This document shows positions 20,329 through 29,754 of a stretch of DNA of 64,000 bases, in pieces. The DNA is taken from the NCBI GenBank assembly GCA_027451745.1, contig DAIDIP010000005.1, forward strand, positions 61,505 through 125,504, in the 5' to 3' direction. Position 1 is the first letter of the stretch. Each line of letters begins with the position of its first letter. The stretch is from Candidatus Melainabacteria bacterium. Lineage in GTDB: Bacteria; Cyanobacteriota; Vampirovibrionia; Obscuribacterales; Obscuribacteraceae. Under the pieces are notes generated by a model. The model was not told the DNA's origin. It was given only the letters and a program-made list of their open reading frames with translations, and ran no database searches. Position numbers and translations under genes: made by a program.

Positions 20329-21825
20329 ATGTCTTTAGTCAAAGAAAAAGACTTACTTTGTCAGCAGTTTTTGGCCAAACCAAAAAAATTGCTCATTGAT
20401 GGCAAGTGGGTCGAACCAGAAACCGGCAAGACTTTTGATACTCTAAATCCAGCCACTGGCGAAGTTTTGGCAAAAGTCTCTGAAGGTGGCAAAGCAGACG
20501 TTGACAAAGCAGTCAAAGCAGCCCGTAAAGCTTTTGAACAAGGTCCTTGGCGTAACAAAATGAGTGCCGCCGAACGCGCTCGTTGTCTTTACAAGCTTGC
20601 TGATCTTGTTGAGCAAAAAGCAGATGAACTTGCTCAATTAGAAACTCTTGATAATGGTAAGCCCATTAAAGAATCGCGTTACTTTGATGTTCCTGCTGTG
20701 GCAGAAACTCTTCGATATTACGCCGGTTGGGCGACCAAGCTAGAAGGAGAGACTATCAACGTCAACAATAGTTTCTTTACTTATACCCTTAGAGAACCCG
20801 TAGGCGTTGTTGGTCAAATTATCCCCTGGAATTTTCCTATGCTCATGGCGGCCTGGAAATTAGGGCCCGCTCTTGCTTGTGGCAATACTGTCATCTTGAA
20901 ACCCGCTGAACAAACGCCTTTGTCAGCCCTTTATCTTGGCGAATTAACTCTAGAGGCCGGCTTTCCAGAGGGAGTTGTTAACATAGTCACTGGACTTGGA
21001 CCAAATTCTGCTGGTGAATTTCTTGCTAATCATATGGATGTCGACAAAGTTGCTTTCACTGGTGAAGATAAAACAGGCCGTGAAATCGTCAAAGCATCAT
21101 TGGGAAATCTCAAACGTGTCTCACTCGAATTAGGAGGAAAAGCACCGAATATAGTGTTTGCTGATGCTGATATAGATGCGGCCGTTAAAGGCGCCATCAC
21201 AGGTATTTTCTTCAATCAAGGACAAGTATGTTGCGCTGGCTCCAGATTATTTTTAGAAAAATCAGTGCATGATCAATTCATGACCAAATTAACTGAACGT
21301 GTTGGAAAAATGCGCCAAGGACCGGGACTTGATGAAAACACACAGATAGGTCCTCAAGTTTCTAAAGAACAACAAGAACGGGTTTTGAACTATGTAGGTA
21401 TCGCTCAAAAAGAAGGAGCCAAACTAGTTTGTGGCGGAGCTGCACCTAAAGGTGACCTAGAGAAGGGCTATTATGTCAAACCAACTATTTTTGAGGGCGT
21501 TAATAACGATATGCGCATTGCTCAAGAAGAAGTATTTGGTCCTGTTCTAGCGGTAATACCTTTCACTTCTGTTGAAGAAGTGGCTGAGCAAGCTAATAAA
21601 ACTACTTTTGGATTGTCTGGTGCTGTCTGGACCCGTGATATAAAAAAGGCACACAAATTAGCTGCCCATATCAAAGCCGGTACTATCTGGGTTAATTGCT
21701 TCAACGTTCTAAACACAGCTGTACCCTTTGGTGGTTATAAAATGAGCGGCTATGGTCGTGAGCTAGGCAAACATTCAATTGAGCTCTACACAAATATCAA
21801 AAGCGTTTGGGTAAACCTAGACTAA
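20329..21825 (+). CDS. NAD(P)-dependent aldehyde dehydrogenase
   Basis: Motifs IIPWNFP, FTGEDKTG, LELGGKAP (catalytic Glu), FFNQGQVCCAGSR (catalytic Cys). GGAGG 8 nt before the ATG at 20329; the track TTG at 20314 is rejected. Confidence 0.9.
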   Translation: MSLVKEKDLLCQQFLAKPKKLLIDGKWVEPETGKTFDTLNPATGEVLAKVSEGGKADVDKAVKAARKAFEQGPWRNKMSAAERARCLYKLADLVEQKADELAQLETLDNGKPIKESRYFDVPAVAETLRYYAGWATKLEGETINVNNSFFTYTLREPVGVVGQIIPWNFPMLMAAWKLGPALACGNTVILKPAEQTPLSALYLGELTLEAGFPEGVVNIVTGLGPNSAGEFLANHMDVDKVAFTGEDKTGREIVKASLGNLKRVSLELGGKAPNIVFADADIDAAVKGAITGIFFNQGQVCCAGSRLFLEKSVHDQFMTKLTERVGKMRQGPGLDENTQIGPQVSKEQQERVLNYVGIAQKEGAKLVCGGAAPKGDLEKGYYVKPTIFEGVNNDMRIAQEEVFGPVLAVIPFTSVEEVAEQANKTTFGLSGAVWTRDIKKAHKLAAHIKAGTIWVNCFNVLNTAVPFGGYKMSGYGRELGKHSIELYTNIKSVWVNLD

Positions 21826-21838
21826 GCTAAACAGTCAA

Positions 21839-23077
21839 TCAAGCTTTCAATTGCGCTCTTTTAGAAGATGGCACAGAAAGTAGATCTGGATTCTTGCGCG
21901 CTAACATCTTAATAAGCGGCTCAACAGTTAGCCCTTGTACTAGAAGAGTGAACAAAACAACACCAAATGTAAGCACTACAAGTTGCTCACGGGCAGGAAA
22001 GTTCAGCGGCAAACTTAGGGCCATTGCCATAGATAAAGAGCCTCGTAACGCACCCCAAAAAAGAATGGGCCGCCACGCCGCCGATATTGGCACTTTTTTG
22101 CTCGAAAGCCATGGCGATAATAGATAAACTACAATAAACCGAGAGATGAGCAAAGCTACAATAGCAATACCTATCTGTGATCCATATTTGGCTAACAATG
22201 GTAATTGTATCTGCAAACCCAAAAGAAGAAATAGCAAAGAGCTAACCACAAAAGCCGCATATTCCCAAAAAGAATCGACCGCCACTCTTGTAGTACGAGA
22301 CATACTCGATTTACCACCAGCATTGCCCAGTACCATACCTGCTAAAACGACCGCAAGAACAGAAGATGTATTTATTTCTTCCGCTAAAAGGAATGCTCCA
22401 TATGCAACCACGGTCGTTAGCATAAGCTCAAGCAAATGGTCATCAAACTCAGCTATTACTTTCGTTGCTATAAAACCAACTCCAGCACCTACCAGCATTC
22501 CACCTAATATTACAACTGAAAACTTAGCTACCGTTTCAGGAATTGAATAAGTAGTACCTGTTAGTACCATAAAAAGCAATAACTGGAATAATGCCACCGC
22601 TGTTCCATCATTAAAAAGACTTTCTCCTTCAAGAATACTGCTCAACCGTTTGTTTATTCTCAAACGTCTAAAAATTCCCAATACAGACACTGGATCAGTA
22701 GCCGAAGTAATTGCTCCAAACAATAATGCAGTAGCTAAAGATACTTTACCCCACACATTAAGAACTACGCCAACAATAAATGCCGATCCAACAACTCCCA
22801 CAGTAGCAAGAATACTTATAGCCAAACCATTTTCTTTAGCTTGATTGATGTCCAAATTCCATGAAGCTTCAAAGAGCAAGGCTGGCAAACAAACCAATAA
22901 AATAAGTTCAGGGGTCATACGCACAGATGGAAGTAAGCCACAAATACCAATCACCAGACCAACAATAACTAAAGCAATCGAATATGGAACACGAATCCAT
23001 TTCACTGCCATAGCCACTGTGGCAGAAATTAGTAAAAGTATAGTTATCAAATAAACAGGAAGAGTATTTAATTCCAT
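21839..23077 (-). CDS. Na+/H+ (cation:proton) antiporter, CPA1/NhaP type
   Basis: About 11-12 TMs with motifs GAITSATDPVSV and ESLFNDGTAVALF typical of NhaP/NHE exchangers. ATG at 23077; the track starts at a TTG at 23089. Confidence 0.8.
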   Translation of the reverse strand: MELNTLPVYLITILLLISATVAMAVKWIRVPYSIALVIVGLVIGICGLLPSVRMTPELILLVCLPALLFEASWNLDINQAKENGLAISILATVGVVGSAFIVGVVLNVWGKVSLATALLFGAITSATDPVSVLGIFRRLRINKRLSSILEGESLFNDGTAVALFQLLLFMVLTGTTYSIPETVAKFSVVILGGMLVGAGVGFIATKVIAEFDDHLLELMLTTVVAYGAFLLAEEINTSSVLAVVLAGMVLGNAGGKSSMSRTTRVAVDSFWEYAAFVVSSLLFLLLGLQIQLPLLAKYGSQIGIAIVALLISRFIVVYLLSPWLSSKKVPISAAWRPILFWGALRGSLSMAMALSLPLNFPAREQLVVLTFGVVLFTLLVQGLTVEPLIKMLARKNPDLLSVPSSKRAQLKA

Positions 23078-23110
23078 TGCGACTTCCAATTAATTGATAT
23101 AACAAACACC

Positions 23111-24196
23111 TTATTGCCTGCTTATAGCGGTTGAATCAATACCAATGGCTTGGCTCAACAACAAATTATCTCTCTTTAGCAGCTGAGAAAGTTCTTCATT
23201 TATCTTCCGTACCACACTTGGACCTTGGTAGACCAATGAAGTATAAATTTGCAACACTGTAGAGCCAGCCCGAATAAAATCGTACGCATCTTGCCCATTA
23301 CGAATACCACCGCAGCCCATAATAATCTGATTATTTTCTTTTAGTTCATATACCTTGCGACATAACGTTAATGCTAATGGTTTAAGTGGAGGGCCACTTA
23401 AACCGCCATTTTTAATATTTTTTACTCCGCTAGTTTTTAGACCCTCTCTGCTTGTTGAAGTATTCCCACAAACATAACCAGCTACTGAAAAACTTTTTCC
23501 AAGTTGGATCATTTTCTCGATCAATTCATCGTTGCTGTCAGGCGAGAGCTTGAGCACAAGAGGCAGTTGAACCGTATTTTCTTTGCTTATTTGCTCAATT
23601 ACTCTAGCCAAGATCCCTGCTTCTTCAACTACACCATCATGAGTATTTGGGCAGCTAACATTTAATGCTACATATAAAAGTGGTAGATGCCTAATCGCTC
23701 TGAAAGATAAGAGCATGTCTTCGTAAATAGCCTCACCAGTTACATTAGGTTTATTTGTTTTAGCTATAGTAATCCCAATTGGTATTGAAAAATTACTGAC
23801 TGCCAATTTCTGCGAAACTTTCAAAGCGCCTTCATTATTGAGCCCCAGCCAGTTTATCAAACCTTCATCTGCTGGAAGACGCCATAATCGCGGCTTTGGA
23901 TTACCCTCATGACCCTGCCCGGTAATACTACCAATTTCAGCAAAGCTAAATCCTAAGTATTTGAGAGCTTCAACTAAATCACCATTTTTATCAAAACCAG
24001 CGGCCAAGCCAATTGGATTAGACAATATATTGCCAAAAATTGAAACCTGTAGATCTTTTCCAGGATAAATAAATTTATTACCCAAAGCGGCAAGAATTGA
24101 TGTTCCATTTACAATAAACTTATGCGCTAGGGCATGAGCCTTCTCTGGATCAAGTTGAAACAATATTGGTCTAATAAAATTGCTATATATACACAT
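23111..24196 (-). CDS. pyrD: Dihydroorotate dehydrogenase with class-2 (quinone-type) architecture
   Basis: Aligns by eye along E. coli PyrD: FQLDPEKAH N-terminal helical domain, GLAAGFDKNG, GNPKPRLWRL, GLNNEG, NVSCPNT, GGLSG, GCGGI. The start at MCIYSNF (24196) is preferred. Confidence 0.85.
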   Translation of the reverse strand: MCIYSNFIRPILFQLDPEKAHALAHKFIVNGTSILAALGNKFIYPGKDLQVSIFGNILSNPIGLAAGFDKNGDLVEALKYLGFSFAEIGSITGQGHEGNPKPRLWRLPADEGLINWLGLNNEGALKVSQKLAVSNFSIPIGITIAKTNKPNVTGEAIYEDMLLSFRAIRHLPLLYVALNVSCPNTHDGVVEEAGILARVIEQISKENTVQLPLVLKLSPDSNDELIEKMIQLGKSFSVAGYVCGNTSTSREGLKTSGVKNIKNGGLSGPPLKPLALTLCRKVYELKENNQIIMGCGGIRNGQDAYDFIRAGSTVLQIYTSLVYQGPSVVRKINEELSQLLKRDNLLLSQAIGIDSTAISRQ

Positions 24197-24292
24197 GATG
24201 TTAAGTGCGCCCAATTCGTTTGATTTAGTATAACATTGCAATTAGTAAGGTCGACAGATGCAAATAGCTTCCTTTTCACAGGTCAGTCAATA

Positions 24293-25318
24293 ATGATCCA
24301 AAAGACTCATCTCAGATTTATATATCAGTTAAGTGGACTCTGTATGGTTCTCCTGACGAGCATAACTCTAATCGGAGCGATTGCACCAAACTGCCCTGCT
24401 GCTGAAGAACAATCAAGTGCTATAAAGCCTTGGAACGAATTAACTTCTGATATACAATATTCGATCAGTCAATCTTTTCGTTTTTATCGGCTAAATATTG
24501 CCAACGGTAGCTTTGTTGCAATTGTAGTAATGGATCTAAACGACCGAAGTTTTATTCTCAAACCTTTCTTTAATCAAAAAAACAGAACTGTCTCTAGTGT
24601 CTTAAAAGAACAAAAGGGCATTGCAGGAATAAATGGCGGCTTCTTCAATTTAAGCAATGGCGAAAGTACAAGCTATGTCATCATTGATGGTAAAAATCAA
24701 TGCGATCCCAAACAGAATAAAGCATTGGTTGAAAATCCGGAACTAAAGCCATATCTAGAAACTATTTTTAATCGCAGCGAATTGCGTATTTTGGAAGATA
24801 ACAATAAAAAACGAAAAGCTGTCATCGTTTACCACTCAGATCCTGTACCAGCTGGTTTCACTCTCATACACTCCCTACAGGCCGGTCCAAGACTATTACC
24901 AAAACTAACAGACACAGAAGAAGCTTTTACACGCACAGCTCCTGATGGCAAAATTACTGATTCAATAGGCGCTCGTAAAAAAGCAGCTCGTACAGCCGTT
25001 GGCATTACATATGACGGTCACATTATGTTTGTATGTGTCGCCAACAAGAATCAGGATGAATTTTCTTCCGGTATAACGTTAGAACAATTAGCTGAATTAT
25101 TAAGAGATCTCGGTTGTGATCAGGCATTAAATCTAGATGGGGGTACTTCTACCACTATGATAATTGCTGAAGGCGACAATCGCGACGAATCAAATTCCAT
25201 AATTAATAAAGTAATCTCAGGCGATCCCGAAAAGCTAGTTAAATCAGGATTGATTATAGAGAAAAACATAAATCGCGTTCAGTCTAGATATTCAACCAAC
25301 TTTTTTCCACCTAAATAA
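24293..25318 (+). CDS. Phosphodiester glycosidase family (DUF2233/NAGPA-like) secreted protein
   Basis: Signal/TM segment LSGLCMVLLTSITLIGAIA. Motifs GINGGFF, LQAGPRLL, AARTAVGI, ALNLDGGTSTTM. Start at Met 24293; the track starts at 24236. Confidence 0.7.
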   Translation: MIQKTHLRFIYQLSGLCMVLLTSITLIGAIAPNCPAAEEQSSAIKPWNELTSDIQYSISQSFRFYRLNIANGSFVAIVVMDLNDRSFILKPFFNQKNRTVSSVLKEQKGIAGINGGFFNLSNGESTSYVIIDGKNQCDPKQNKALVENPELKPYLETIFNRSELRILEDNNKKRKAVIVYHSDPVPAGFTLIHSLQAGPRLLPKLTDTEEAFTRTAPDGKITDSIGARKKAARTAVGITYDGHIMFVCVANKNQDEFSSGITLEQLAELLRDLGCDQALNLDGGTSTTMIIAEGDNRDESNSIINKVISGDPEKLVKSGLIIEKNINRVQSRYSTNFFPPK

Positions 25319-25339
25319 GACAAGTGTGTTGTCCAAGCA

Positions 25340-26299
25340 TCATTGATGCATATTCATTGCATTTAATTGTCCCTCTGCTAATACATAAACTTCAGATGAA
25401 GTAAAAGTACCTTTTTGAGCCAATTTGAAATTCTCAATTGCCGATAATGTATTTCCTGCTTTCAATTCATGCATGGCTATAAAGTAGTACATACGTGGTT
25501 CTCTATTACTTTCTCTATCAGCCGCCTTAATCAGCCCTTCTGCATCTAGTTCACCCAACATGAATTCAGCCAATGGCTTGGGCCATCTGTTTCCTGAAGA
25601 GAATTGCTTAGTTCGCAAAACTGATTCAAGTATATTATGCATATTTTTATCTTGATTAAGCATATAGTAGGACAATGCGCAGTAAAGCGCACCGTCAGTA
25701 GAATCCCTTTTTGTGTTATCAACCAAGCGAAGCCAATACTCAAACGATCTGGCCGCCTCAGCATATTGTCGATGGGCTAAATAATCAATTCCTCTTTCGT
25801 ACCCTTCTCTTTTTTGGCAGCGCTCCAAAAATCGCAACACCTGCTTAGCACTCACCCCAGCATATGCATTTTGCGTTTCAACTTCTTTGCCGTCTGGAAG
25901 TGTTGCTACTAATACAGGAAGAGTAAAAACCATATATTTTTGTTGTAATTCTCGGTGTAATTTTCCGACCTCGGTCTCTTCATCGTTCAGCTTGCTTTCA
26001 ATTTTAATAGGCAAAAACTCTTCATTGACTAATTTCACAACATTTTTATTCAGTAAGCTCGTACTGTTCATAGCTCTACAAGCCTCAGATCCTTCAGCCG
26101 TAAAATAATATAAAACTAGCTTCGACTGATACTCACGTCCGCTAAGATCAATTTTGGATGGTTCAGTCCAGTTAATCCCCAGAGCTTCTTGGGGTTGGTA
26201 TGTTTCCATATACCAAACAACAATACGAGCTAATAAGAGAATTACCGCTATAGATATAAGCCAAACAGGCGTACTTATAGTAGATCCTTGCTTATTCAT
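25340..26299 (-). CDS. Membrane-anchored thioredoxin-fold + TPR-like protein; the CxxC motif is degenerate
   Basis: N-terminal TM (VWLISIAVILLLARIVVW). Trx-like segment LVLYYFTAEGSEACRAM has S-E-A-C where C-x-x-C is expected. The C-terminal half is helical and repeat-like. It overlaps the upstream permease gene by 8 bp. Confidence 0.45.
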   Translation of the reverse strand: MNKQGSTISTPVWLISIAVILLLARIVVWYMETYQPQEALGINWTEPSKIDLSGREYQSKLVLYYFTAEGSEACRAMNSTSLLNKNVVKLVNEEFLPIKIESKLNDEETEVGKLHRELQQKYMVFTLPVLVATLPDGKEVETQNAYAGVSAKQVLRFLERCQKREGYERGIDYLAHRQYAEAARSFEYWLRLVDNTKRDSTDGALYCALSYYMLNQDKNMHNILESVLRTKQFSSGNRWPKPLAEFMLGELDAEGLIKAADRESNREPRMYYFIAMHELKAGNTLSAIENFKLAQKGTFTSSEVYVLAEGQLNAMNMHQ

Positions 26300-27077
26300 T
26301 CGTATAGAAAAACTCGCGCTTATTCATAATCACAACTGCAATACACAAATAAAGAGCCGTATTTGACACAAAAGAAACTGCGGGCAACCATACCATTTTT
26401 ATTGAACTTAAGTAAACATCCATATCAATCGGTGAATACATAAAAGCTCGCAAAACATTACAAGCAGTTTTAACAGTATTACGAAAATCGACACCAAAGA
26501 ATAATGCCGTATTAGGAATAAGTTGCACCATCAAAGGCGCTGCAAAGGACAAATAAAATAATGCTGCAAAAAGAATTACACCAATTTTTGCCGGAAATGC
26601 ATGTATCATAACCACCAAAGCAGTGGTGCCAAATGCATTCAAGGCTAAGTTTATAGTATCAGTAAAGCCCATAGAAAATTGGGCACCCCGACCAATCATG
26701 TTGATCAAAATAATGAAATAAATCAGCTGCAAACCAATTACCGCACAAACCAAAATAGAACCAGCCAACCATTTTGAAAAAATATATGTAGAACGATGAA
26801 GCGGTCGCGAAAAAAGCAATGCCAAGTATTCGCCATCATCCAAACTCTTTGTATTGCCTATTGAACTGCTAACGAACATAAACGATACAACTAGTGTCAT
26901 AACAGGACTAGCAAAAAAGCTTATTAGTGGTTCTAGATCAACTGATACATCCGGCGCCTGGTGCAACGGATAAACAAGTGCGGTCGGTATAGCTAAAACA
27001 AACAAAACAAGTTTTATCACTGTTGTTGGCTGTGCTAGCCGTAAAAACGTATACAGAAATACAGCTTTATTTATCAC
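26292..27077 (-). CDS. ABC-2-type transporter permease
   Basis: Six predicted TMs. 4-bp overlap with the upstream ATPase gene (27074..27077). Confidence 0.6.
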   Translation of the reverse strand: MINKAVFLYTFLRLAQPTTVIKLVLFVLAIPTALVYPLHQAPDVSVDLEPLISFFASPVMTLVVSFMFVSSSIGNTKSLDDGEYLALLFSRPLHRSTYIFSKWLAGSILVCAVIGLQLIYFIILINMIGRGAQFSMGFTDTINLALNAFGTTALVVMIHAFPAKIGVILFAALFYLSFAAPLMVQLIPNTALFFGVDFRNTVKTACNVLRAFMYSPIDMDVYLSSIKMVWLPAVSFVSNTALYLCIAVVIMNKREFFYTNE

Positions 27078-28057
27078 TCTGCATTATCTCCGTTCTTTCG
27101 CCTATTTCGCACATCCGAACCCGCTTTGTCGGCAGAAGGATCTTTTTTAAACAGCTCAACTAAGTCTTTTCGCTCATACATAGCTTCTTCAACTTGCACA
27201 TCTTTGGCCATCAATTCTTGCAATAACTTTGTACCAATGCTTCTAGATGAAAGCCAAAAACGTCCATGATCTTCCATCAGCTCAAATTCAATCATATTAT
27301 TTTGAGCGACTTCGCTTACTGTTTCATATATTGGAAATGGATGCCCCCAACGAACAACAAAAATTTGTTTAGTCTGCAAAGTAGGTGTAAGCTCTTCAAT
27401 TGAGCGTATTTTGCCACCTTCAATGAAGGCCACTCTGTCACAAACTTTTTCTACCTGATCTAAATGATGAGAATTGATAACAACAGTTTTTCCTTCCTTT
27501 TTCCAGCGCACAAGCAAATCTTTTACAAGTGCCATCCCCAATGGATCCATACCGGATGTAGGTTCATCTAAAAAACACAAATCCGGTTTACCAACAATTA
27601 GCTGAGCAAGTCCAAGTCTTTGCAGCATGCCTCGAGATAATTTGCGAATTAATCTCTTGCCTACTTCAGGTTGCAGTCCCACATCAGCAAGTGCCTCTGC
27701 CACATCTTCTTTGGCCTTAGACTCGGGCTGATTAGCTAACATATGATGATAATGCAAGAAGTTTTCCACTATCATCCAGGCATCAAAATGTGGTCGCTCC
27801 GGAACAAAGCCAGTTATGTCTTTGACTGACATATCATAAACAGACTTACCATTTATCAAAACACTACCAGTGGACGGCTTTAATAAACCGAGCAAACAGC
27901 CCATTAGTGTTGTTTTACCAGCGCCATTAGGTCCGATTAGCCCAAAGACCTCGCCTTTATTTATTTGCAAGTTAATATTATCTAGAGCATGAAACTTCCG
28001 CAACCCATATATCTTTGACAGGTTTTCGACTTTAATAAAAGCTGGTTCAGTCAACAC
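27074..28057 (-). CDS. ABC transporter ATP-binding protein
   Basis: Walker A GPNGAGKTT, signature LSRGMLQRLGLA, Walker B LCFLDEPTSGMD, H-loop NSHHL. GTG start. Confidence 0.9.
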   Translation of the reverse strand: MLTEPAFIKVENLSKIYGLRKFHALDNINLQINKGEVFGLIGPNGAGKTTLMGCLLGLLKPSTGSVLINGKSVYDMSVKDITGFVPERPHFDAWMIVENFLHYHHMLANQPESKAKEDVAEALADVGLQPEVGKRLIRKLSRGMLQRLGLAQLIVGKPDLCFLDEPTSGMDPLGMALVKDLLVRWKKEGKTVVINSHHLDQVEKVCDRVAFIEGGKIRSIEELTPTLQTKQIFVVRWGHPFPIYETVSEVAQNNMIEFELMEDHGRFWLSSRSIGTKLLQELMAKDVQVEEAMYERKDLVELFKKDPSADKAGSDVRNRRKNGDNAE

Positions 28058-28133
28058 ACTGTCCCCTAAAATGGGTCACCATAATCTAATTATGATAGCA
28101 TTTCATTCATATTAAACAGCCAGAGGCTAATAT

Positions 28134-28922
28134 ATGGACGCTTTAGAAGATATCGCTCACTGGAAGACTAGAATAGCTGTAGGACGCATGGCTTTTGACG
28201 CCGGATTTTACAATCAAGCTGCTAGACATTTCCGCACAGCTCTAGAATTGCTCAAAAATCAAAAAGATCCATCCTCTGAATTACTCTCAATCAATTCGAT
28301 TTGCCTGGCTAAAGCATTAAGTTGTCTAGGACATTATGATGAAGCAGAACTATTAATAAATGAGGCACTGAAAATTGATACTGCTCATCAAGAAAATATT
28401 TTGCAATTAGCTCTCGATTATCTAGAATTGAGTAGCACCTGTTGGAAGCAACATAGGCAGGAGCAAGGTGAAACCTATGCTCATAAAGCTCTAGAACTTT
28501 TAAATAGCTTAGATAAAAGAGAAAAAGAAAACCATATAACTTCAATAGCGCGCGCTCTTAAGTTAATAGCCATTATGAAAGGTGAACGCGGTGACTATAC
28601 TGAAGCAATAAAGACCATTGACAAAGCCTTAACAACCTTAGAACACAGCCAGGAAGGCAGCACTTCTCAAGCTTACGGGGAAGCTCTGATGGCAAAAGTA
28701 ATGTTGTTAGTAGATAAAGGAGAAATCGAACAAATCGAGCCAATCCTAGACGACGCTATCCAGATAATCGAATTGCATAAAGGTATATTTCATCCTCAAT
28801 TAGCAAAAGTAATGCATGCCCTAGCACAACATGTTAAGCAGTCTGGGAAAATTGATATGGGCATAGCTTTAGAAAAACAAGCCCAAGAAATCGAAGAAAA
28901 AAACCGACAAGGTTTGTACTGA
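28134..28922 (+). CDS. TPR-repeat protein
   Basis: Repeated 34-aa-like helical units (e.g. AFDAGFYNQAARHFRTALEL, LSCLGHYDEAELLINEALKI). Confidence 0.6.
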   Translation: MDALEDIAHWKTRIAVGRMAFDAGFYNQAARHFRTALELLKNQKDPSSELLSINSICLAKALSCLGHYDEAELLINEALKIDTAHQENILQLALDYLELSSTCWKQHRQEQGETYAHKALELLNSLDKREKENHITSIARALKLIAIMKGERGDYTEAIKTIDKALTTLEHSQEGSTSQAYGEALMAKVMLLVDKGEIEQIEPILDDAIQIIELHKGIFHPQLAKVMHALAQHVKQSGKIDMGIALEKQAQEIEEKNRQGLY

Positions 28923-28951
28923 AAATTCATTCTCGCTTCTCGCAAATACAA

Positions 28952-29364
28952 TCAATCCCAATAAATAGCACAAGGTTTTTTATTATGAATAACACTGTCA
29001 TTTGTGATAAGCGGTAATCCAAGCTGCAAGGCAGTAGCAACTATTGCTCGATCAAAGGGATCGTTATGAAATTTCAATCCATGAGAATAAATTACCGTAT
29101 CTTTGTCAAAAGGCTGAGAAAGTAACATAGGGTGATCATCAAATAACGCTCCTACCCAATCAGCAAAATTTACAGACAACACTATGGCATCATTCTCAAC
29201 TAGCCTTGAAATTTCCCAAATAACGTGACTGGGAACATAAATAATTCTGCTTTTATTATCTATTGCCTCGACAAATGCTTGCTTAGCTTTCTCACTAAGT
29301 TTTTCCCCCCATTAAAGAAATAATGAACTAGGGAATGTGTATACGTTACGAAAGCCTGGCTCAT
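28952..29364 (-). pseudogene. PIN-domain (VapC-like, COG3744-type) toxin gene, frameshifted
   Basis: The N-terminal frame (ATG 29364) reads MSQAFVTYTHSLVHYFFNGGKN... and stops at 29260..29262. The frame 1 nt off continues KLSEKAKQAFVEAIDNKSRIIYVPSHVIWEIS...HNDPFDRAIVATALQLGLPLITNDSV to 28952. The junction is the G6A5 run (29300..29310 on +). The first conserved acidic position reads TYTH where LDTH is expected. Confidence 0.65.
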
Positions 29365-29573
29365 CGTAATTCTTTACGTAATTTTCTACCACTTTCTTTA
29401 GTGGCTTTCTCAAATTCTTTTGTCATTCGCTTACCAGTAGCTTCAAGATCGCCAATAATTTTAACGGAGCCCATTTGTCTTGCTTCTGTTTTACCAATCG
29501 TTTTTTGCTTAAGTCCAAGCAATAGAGCCATTTGCTGCTCAATTGTATTCTGCTGAGCTTTATTCACAACCAT
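29361..29573 (-). CDS. Putative antitoxin of the PIN toxin pair
   Basis: 70-aa ORF with GAGGAG 8 nt upstream of the ATG. Its TGA overlaps the toxin ATG (ATGA, 29361..29364). Family not recognised. Confidence 0.5.
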   Translation of the reverse strand: MVVNKAQQNTIEQQMALLLGLKQKTIGKTEARQMGSVKIIGDLEATGKRMTKEFEKATKESGRKLRKELR

Positions 29574-29590
29574 AAAAGCTCCTCACAATC

Positions 29591-29609
29591 TGTACATAAT
29601 AAATGTACA
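29591..29609. promoter_or_regulatory. Perfect inverted repeat TGTACAT-N5-ATGTACA; candidate antitoxin operator
   Basis: Read directly, 18-36 bp upstream of the antitoxin start codon on the minus strand. Confidence 0.4.
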
Positions 29610-29754
29610 TTATATTGGTGGTTTTAATAATGGGGTAGTAGGTTAATTTTCACTTGACTTCAATAATTCTATAGCTATAACCAACGCCTGGAACTCAGAA
29701 TGCAATAAAAAGCATTCTTTCTCAAAAACAATTTCTAAGTAGAGTCGCTAAGCT

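Noticed and set aside
29299-29310. Programmed -1 ribosomal frameshift at G AAA AAC in the PIN toxin gene
   Set aside because: The heptamer is imperfect (G rather than A at the first position), no downstream stimulatory structure is evident, and the additional Asp-to-Tyr change at a catalytic position favours simple decay. It is retained only as an alternative within the TA finding.
29697-29718. Hairpin AGAATGC-aataaaaa-GCATTCT downstream of atpC as a possible intrinsic terminator
   Set aside because: The 7-bp AT-rich stem has no U-tract on the minus (atpC) strand. It is not strong enough to call.
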